The position numbers and the translations under genes are program-made. Below are positions 58,943 to 64,000 of a stretch of DNA of 64,000 nucleotides, one piece after another. Origin of the DNA: Candidatus Latescibacterota bacterium (GTDB taxonomy: Bacteria > Latescibacterota > UBA2968 > SICM01); NCBI GenBank assembly GCA_965217865.1, contig CBDCJO010000002.1:1568001-1632000 (forward strand), given 5' to 3'. The notes beneath the pieces are model-generated. The model was not told the origin of the DNA, did no database searches, and worked only from the letters and a program-made list of their open reading frames with translations. Numbering within the stretch: the stretch's first letter is position 1; each line of letters starts with the position of its first letter.

Positions 58943-60103
58943 CTATTTCGTTACGGCCACGACCTTCTCGGCTGCTTCTTTCAAGGCCCGTGCTACGGAA
59001 AAATCGAGGCCTGACTCCTCCAGGATGCGGGTCCCTTCATCTGCATTTGTCCCTTCGAGGCGGACCACGACCGGAACCATCACGTGCACGTTCCTCAGGG
59101 CCTGGACGACCCCTTCCGCCACCCTGTCACAACGGACGATCCCACCAAAGATGTTGATGAGCACGGCCTTCACGTTGGGGTCGGACATCAGGATGCGGAA
59201 TCCGTTCTCCACGGACTCCACATTGGCTCCCCCGCCCACATCGAGGAAATTGGCTGGAGATTCCCCCGCAAACTTGATGATGTCCATCGTCGCCATAGCC
59301 AAACCCGCGCCGTTGACCATACAGCCCACAGAGCCGTCCAGTTTGATGTAGTTAAGCCCGAATTTTGAGGCTTCGACCTCCAGGGGCTCCTCTTCGTCCA
59401 GATCCCGGAGTTCCGAAAGTTTGGGATGTCGGTTCAGGGCATTATCATCAAGATTGATCTTGGCGTCCAGAGCCAGGATCTCACCCCCTCGAGTCCGGAC
59501 CAAAGGATTGATCTCAACGAGCGAGAAGTCGCTCTGGATAAAAGCCTGATACAGGGCCTGGATCAATTGCGCACCCTTCCTAACCAATCCCCCGGACAGA
59601 CCCAATCCGAAACTTAACCTCCTGGCCTGGAAGGCCTGGAGGCCGACGGCCGGATCCACGGTCTCTTTCATGATTTTTTCAGGCGTTTCGGAGGCCACCT
59701 GTTCGATGTCCATTCCGCCGGCCTGTGATGCCATGACGACCAGGCAGGATTTTGACCGGTCGAGGACCATTCCGATATAGAGCTCCTGATCGATCTCAAT
59801 GCCTTCCTCAATCAACACCCGCTTGACGATCCGTCCTTCGGGCCCCGTCTGATGCGTGACCAGCCGCATTCCCAGGATTTGGGAAGACAAGTCCCGAACC
59901 TCCGAAGGGCTGTGCGCGAGCTTGATCCCCCCTCCCTTCCCACGGCCGCCTGCGTGGATCTGAGCCTTCACCACCATCGTATCGCCGCCCAAATCCTGAG
60001 CGATCTTTTCAGCCTCCGCCGGTAAGAATGCCACGCCTCCGCGTGGAATGGGGATACCGTATTCCTTCAGGAGATCCTTCGCCTGATATTCGTGAATTTT
60101 CAT
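58943..60103 (-). CDS. sucC: Succinyl-CoA synthetase beta subunit
   Basis: MKIHEYQAK, KAQIHAGGRGKGGG, NGAGLAM and ANFLDVGGG. Confidence 0.98.
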   Translation of the reverse strand: MKIHEYQAKDLLKEYGIPIPRGGVAFLPAEAEKIAQDLGGDTMVVKAQIHAGGRGKGGGIKLAHSPSEVRDLSSQILGMRLVTHQTGPEGRIVKRVLIEEGIEIDQELYIGMVLDRSKSCLVVMASQAGGMDIEQVASETPEKIMKETVDPAVGLQAFQARRLSFGLGLSGGLVRKGAQLIQALYQAFIQSDFSLVEINPLVRTRGGEILALDAKINLDDNALNRHPKLSELRDLDEEEPLEVEASKFGLNYIKLDGSVGCMVNGAGLAMATMDIIKFAGESPANFLDVGGGANVESVENGFRILMSDPNVKAVLINIFGGIVRCDRVAEGVVQALRNVHVMVPVVVRLEGTNADEGTRILEESGLDFSVARALKEAAEKVVAVTK

Positions 60104-60141
60104 CTGGCCACCGTGGGAGAATGGAGTTAAACGTTCATGTC

Positions 60142-60182
60142 AAAAAGAGGCCGCCTTCCGATTCGCGGAGGCGGCCTCTTTT
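60142..60182. terminator. Bidirectional intrinsic terminator
   Basis: AAAAAGAGGCCGCCTTCCG..CGGAGGCGGCCTCTTTT. Confidence 0.8.
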
Positions 60183-60202
60183 ACGCGATAGATATCAAAA
60201 TC

Positions 60203-60541
60203 CTATGCTACGAAATCGACTTTTGTACCGGTGGTGCCGTTGTGAGGAGGATGGTTCTCCCCTTCCTCAGGTTCCTGTTTTTGTCTTCTTTGTTCCCGGG
60301 CTTGAGGACTTTCGGAAACTCCTTTTTGGTCTGGATGGATCACCTTATCCTCGGTCTGATCAAAAGCCAGAGGTCGACCCTGGTCCATGGCGATCTGCTG
60401 GGCGTTGGCCGAGGCGATTTGGACTTGATTTATGTCTGGACGGTGCAGATCGAGGCTTAGTTGCCGCGCCCCCTGCACGGCGGCTCGAGCGAAGCTGTCC
60501 TGAAATTCGACCGACCGAATCAACATATCCTTCCCCACCAT
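60203..60541 (-). CDS. Hypothetical protein (Gln/Glu-rich, ends GTKVDFVA)
   Basis: ORF lies between a TTGACA..TATATT promoter and a terminator. Confidence 0.6.
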   Translation of the reverse strand: MVGKDMLIRSVEFQDSFARAAVQGARQLSLDLHRPDINQVQIASANAQQIAMDQGRPLAFDQTEDKVIHPDQKGVSESPQAREQRRQKQEPEEGENHPPHNGTTGTKVDFVA

Positions 60542-60655
60542 CTGAAAATTGGAAAACAGATATTGAGGTATCTATCTCAAATATAAAGAGATCCTCATAT
60601 GTTGTCAATCTTAAAATTTCAACGCCCCACGGGTATTCAGGTTCCAATCGGAGGA

Positions 60656-61663
60656 TTAAGATTTCACCTTAACCGGTATGCCCCCCTGTCTTGCAGACTC
60701 CCAGGCGGACTCGGTCAATTCGATGACGCGCAGACCGCAAACGGGAGGGACCTGCACTGTGTCCCGGCCGAGGATAGAATCGATGAAATTTTTATCCGGC
60801 GAAGAAAATCCAGTGGGGAGCCCCTGCGGTCGATAGACTTCATTTGACCCCAAAAAAACGATGGATAGTTCTCCATTTCGAAGGTAGATGGACCCTTTTG
60901 ATCCCCAGATGGTGATGTCTTCCCAAATGCCGCCACCGGACCCGTTTCCAACGATGGAGAAGTTACCCAGAGCTCCGTTGACGAATCTGATCGAGAGGGC
61001 GGTATTGACGTCCACCTCCCCTCCGAAGTCCTCGATGAAGGCCGAGACTTCGTCTACCTGCATGCCTGTGGTCCAGAGGGCGATGTCCAGCAGGTGGCTA
61101 CCGGAGTCGTTCAACTGTCCTCCGCCGGACAGGACCAGCTCCTGACGCCACGACCCACGTGTCGCGCGGAGCCAATTCTGATCTTGGAGGGCGTTGATGA
61201 ACTCAACTTCGCCGATGTCCCCCCCTTGAATCGAATTCCGGATAAATCTGTAGTTTCCACCGAAGTGACGCTGGTAAGAGACCATGAGGATTTTATTAAC
61301 ATCTGCTGCTTTGGCGATCACCTGTCTGGCGTGATCCACCGTGCAGACCATCGGTTTCTCCGAGAGGACGTGGAGACCGGAATCCAGGGAAGTCATGATC
61401 TGTTCGAAGTGAAGGGTATGGGGGGTCGAGATCACTACAGCATCCAGATTAACCTTCTCGAGCATCTCGGTGTAGTCTCCAAAGGTGGGGATTCCTTTGA
61501 CGTTTTTATCTTTCAGGCCCCAATCGAAGAGGCGATCCCGACTTTTCTCATTGGGTTCGCTGAAGCCCGCAACCTCTACGTCTTTCCCGAGCGTTTCCAA
61601 CACCCTTTTCACGTGGCCGGCCCCGTTTCCCCCGCAACCGATGAATCCCAAACGGATTATCAT
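60656..61663 (-). CDS. Gfo/Idh/MocA oxidoreductase
   Basis: GFIGCG, HVLSEKPM and GGGQLNDSGSH. Confidence 0.95.
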   Translation of the reverse strand: MIIRLGFIGCGGNGAGHVKRVLETLGKDVEVAGFSEPNEKSRDRLFDWGLKDKNVKGIPTFGDYTEMLEKVNLDAVVISTPHTLHFEQIMTSLDSGLHVLSEKPMVCTVDHARQVIAKAADVNKILMVSYQRHFGGNYRFIRNSIQGGDIGEVEFINALQDQNWLRATRGSWRQELVLSGGGQLNDSGSHLLDIALWTTGMQVDEVSAFIEDFGGEVDVNTALSIRFVNGALGNFSIVGNGSGGGIWEDITIWGSKGSIYLRNGELSIVFLGSNEVYRPQGLPTGFSSPDKNFIDSILGRDTVQVPPVCGLRVIELTESAWESARQGGIPVKVKS

Positions 61664-61800
61664 CGCAGTGACTCCTGAGTAAAAGATTGAGCGGATCCAA
61701 AAGCAGAAATAAGGGTCTCCGCCTCCATAGCCTTAAGCCTATCTACAGACGTCGTTTCAATCAGGTTTGCCATACGGTTCCCGGTTTGAATCACCGTGTG

Positions 61801-62673
61801 TCAGATGGGGTGGTATTCGATCTCGATCGGTTCTTTCAATCGGGACTCGATCGCACGAAGGTCCCTCCGATCGTCGGGGAGGCCCTTTTCCGCCCGGCCA
61901 TCGGGATGTATCGTGACGGTCCTTGACACCTTCACGAAGCTTTTCCTCGCCTTTCCCCGGAGGATCTGGAGGCCGTCCTTGGATATGGCCAACCGGGTTT
62001 GGACGATGCGTCCCTCGCCGATCAGGCGGAAGAGGGCTCCCATGATGCCTGATATCGGCCGACCCGTGAGCCCCTGGATATCATCCAGGAGGATGATATC
62101 GCCGAAGTCCAACAGTCGGTAGGTAATGACCCGGTGGTCCGTGACCTGAAGGCGTGGAATCGAGAGGCTGTCGGTGTAGGAGTAGCGGTCCGGCCCGGAA
62201 GGAGATTCCGGCCAGTAGATGGTCACGTTCATTGCGGTTTGAGGAGGATATCCGGATTTGATGTGGTGAATCACCCGCTCGGATCTCTGTTCGACCAGGA
62301 CATCCTGTCCGTGCTGATACGCGAGCTTGGCAAATATCGGTGCGTTATCAGCCGTGATGCCCGCGACCTTCAGAAATACGACGAACCAGTCATGATGGCT
62401 GATAAACAGGGGTTGACGGGTGGAATCCGCTTCCTGAACGGTTCGGACGAGGTGGAGAAGGGTTTCAACCTGGAGCCTTGCGACATTGGTGGTTTTTGTG
62501 ATGTCGTAGTCCCCGTGCAGACTCATGGCTTGTTCGAGTTCTTCACGGTCCACACGTCTGGTTCGTGAGGGTCCATCCGCGGCCGCGGGTTCCAAAACGG
62601 GTATCGCAATCCCGAATGCTTGAAGCCACAAAAGCCATCGCAAGCTTGATATGGCCCCATTCATCCTACGCAT
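61801..62673 (-). CDS. Hypothetical secreted protein
   Basis: Signal-peptide-like N-terminus (AAA|D); 290-aa ORF. Confidence 0.65.
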   Translation of the reverse strand: MRRMNGAISSLRWLLWLQAFGIAIPVLEPAAADGPSRTRRVDREELEQAMSLHGDYDITKTTNVARLQVETLLHLVRTVQEADSTRQPLFISHHDWFVVFLKVAGITADNAPIFAKLAYQHGQDVLVEQRSERVIHHIKSGYPPQTAMNVTIYWPESPSGPDRYSYTDSLSIPRLQVTDHRVITYRLLDFGDIILLDDIQGLTGRPISGIMGALFRLIGEGRIVQTRLAISKDGLQILRGKARKSFVKVSRTVTIHPDGRAEKGLPDDRRDLRAIESRLKEPIEIEYHPI

Positions 62674-63060
62674 CGGACAGCTCTACCTTGGTTATGCATT
62701 CTCTTAAATGGCCTCGGATCGGGGAGACTTGGACGGGATCGCTGGATTCGATGGCGGCCCCGAGATAAATCGCTTTCCTGACGTATGGTTGAGGGAAGTG
62801 GTGGAGAACTGGAGGGTTTTCACCCCCCTTAAACAGATATGATAGACTGCCCCGGTTCATCTGTCAACTCCTAATCCAAGCACCTAAAAGAGTCCTTGAC
62901 ACTCTGCGTGGGTTTTTTTAAGTTAGTCGCGAATTTACGCGTAGCGGTTTGCTCCTGGAGACGATGGTGTCGCCGGGGTTTGCGTTTATAGGCTTTTTGC
63001 CAAGTTTAAGGTTGAATTTTTCTAGGCCAGGGTCGATCGGCCGCCAGCAGGAGGTTACCC

Positions 63061-64000
63061 GTGAACCAATATCCAATCGAAGACATCCGCAACCTTGTCT
63101 TGGTGGGACATAACGGGACGGGGAAAACAACTGCGTCGGAAGCCATTCTTTTCGCTGCAGGGGTCACCAATCGGATGGGGCGGGTGGAGGATGGCACGAC
63201 CAAGTCGGACTATTCCCCCGACGAGATCGAGCGCAAGATCTCGATCAGTGCCACGATGCTTAACTGTCAATGGGGAAAAACCAAGTTGAACATACTCGAT
63301 ACTCCGGGATACGCGGACTTTACCGGGGAGGCAAATGGGGCGATGCGAGCCGCGGATGCGGCTCTGGTTCTCCTGAACGCCACGTCAGGGGTGGAGGTGG
63401 GAACGGAGAAGGTATGGGGTTATGCGGAGGAATACGGGATTCCTTGCATGCTGGTGATCAACCATTTGGATAAGGAATTTGCGGATTTCGACAAGGCGCT
63501 CTCTTCGGCTGTCAACCGGTTCGGCAACGGGGTGGTCCCGCTTCATCTCCCTATCAACCAGGGACTGGGCTTTAACGGGATCGTCGACCTGCTCCGCATG
63601 CGGGCTTACACCTACCAGATGGATGGAAGCGGTAAGGCGGCCGAGGGAGATGTGCCCTCCGAAGTGGCGGAGCGGGCGGGGCAGATGCGGGAGCGGGTGG
63701 TCGAAGCAGCCGCGGAGACCGATGATGCCTTAACTGAAAAATACCTGGAGGAAGGGGATCTGTCGGAAGAGGAGGTTCTTCAAGGCCTCCGGACCGGGGT
63801 TGCCAATCGATCGCTCTTCCTGCTGGCCGTAAGCGATGCTTCCAAGAACATCGGCACGGATCTTCTGTTGAACGCGATCGTGGACTTTCTCCCCTCGCCC
63901 AAGGATCGGGGGGATGTGAGCGGTCTGAAGCCAGACTCCGAAGAAGAAGTTCTCCTTTCGCCGGAGCCCGAGCCACCCGCAGCGGCGATGGTTTTTAAGA
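63061..64000 (+). CDS. fusA: Elongation factor G (EF-G2-like), partial
   Basis: Manual translation from GTG after AGGAGG: IRNLVLVGHNGTGKTT..SDYSPDEIERKISI..NILDTPGYADF..INHLDKE. Confidence 0.92.
   Translation, partial: MNQYPIEDIRNLVLVGHNGTGKTTASEAILFAAGVTNRMGRVEDGTTKSDYSPDEIERKISISATMLNCQWGKTKLNILDTPGYADFTGEANGAMRAADAALVLLNATSGVEVGTEKVWGYAEEYGIPCMLVINHLDKEFADFDKALSSAVNRFGNGVVPLHLPINQGLGFNGIVDLLRMRAYTYQMDGSGKAAEGDVPSEVAERAGQMRERVVEAAAETDDALTEKYLEEGDLSEEEVLQGLRTGVANRSLFLLAVSDASKNIGTDLLLNAIVDFLPSPKDRGDVSGLKPDSEEEVLLSPEPEPPAAAMVFK

Overview
High-GC bacterial chromosome segment. The gene content (many BNR/sialidase-like, PhyH, FG-GAP and PQQ-propeller genes plus a UBact-proteasome operon) suggests a Latescibacterota/Handelsmanbacteria/Poribacteria-like lineage; this is inference only. 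The left ~41 kb is accessory and decaying. It holds catabolic genes, an IS1595 fragment, two inverted IS630 copies (one with an IS1380 nested in its right end), an IS3, MNT-HEPN and Panacea toxin-antitoxin modules, and a TIR/NDT-like gene coupled to an unannotated 50-aa basic peptide. It also holds a four-attC integron cassette cluster without integrase, with an IS110/IS1111 remnant inserted in one attC, and it ends at tRNA-Leu(CAG). The right ~23 kb is mostly core: hom, fumC, a complete arc-dop-UBact-prcB-prcA-pafA operon, a THUMP methyltransferase, hflX, sucC and EF-G. It also contains two sigma28-type promoters and a ~500-nt densely structured intergenic region with repeated CC-AAC-GG hairpins, a candidate ncRNA. 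All calls come from reading the sequence and motifs by eye; no database searches were run.
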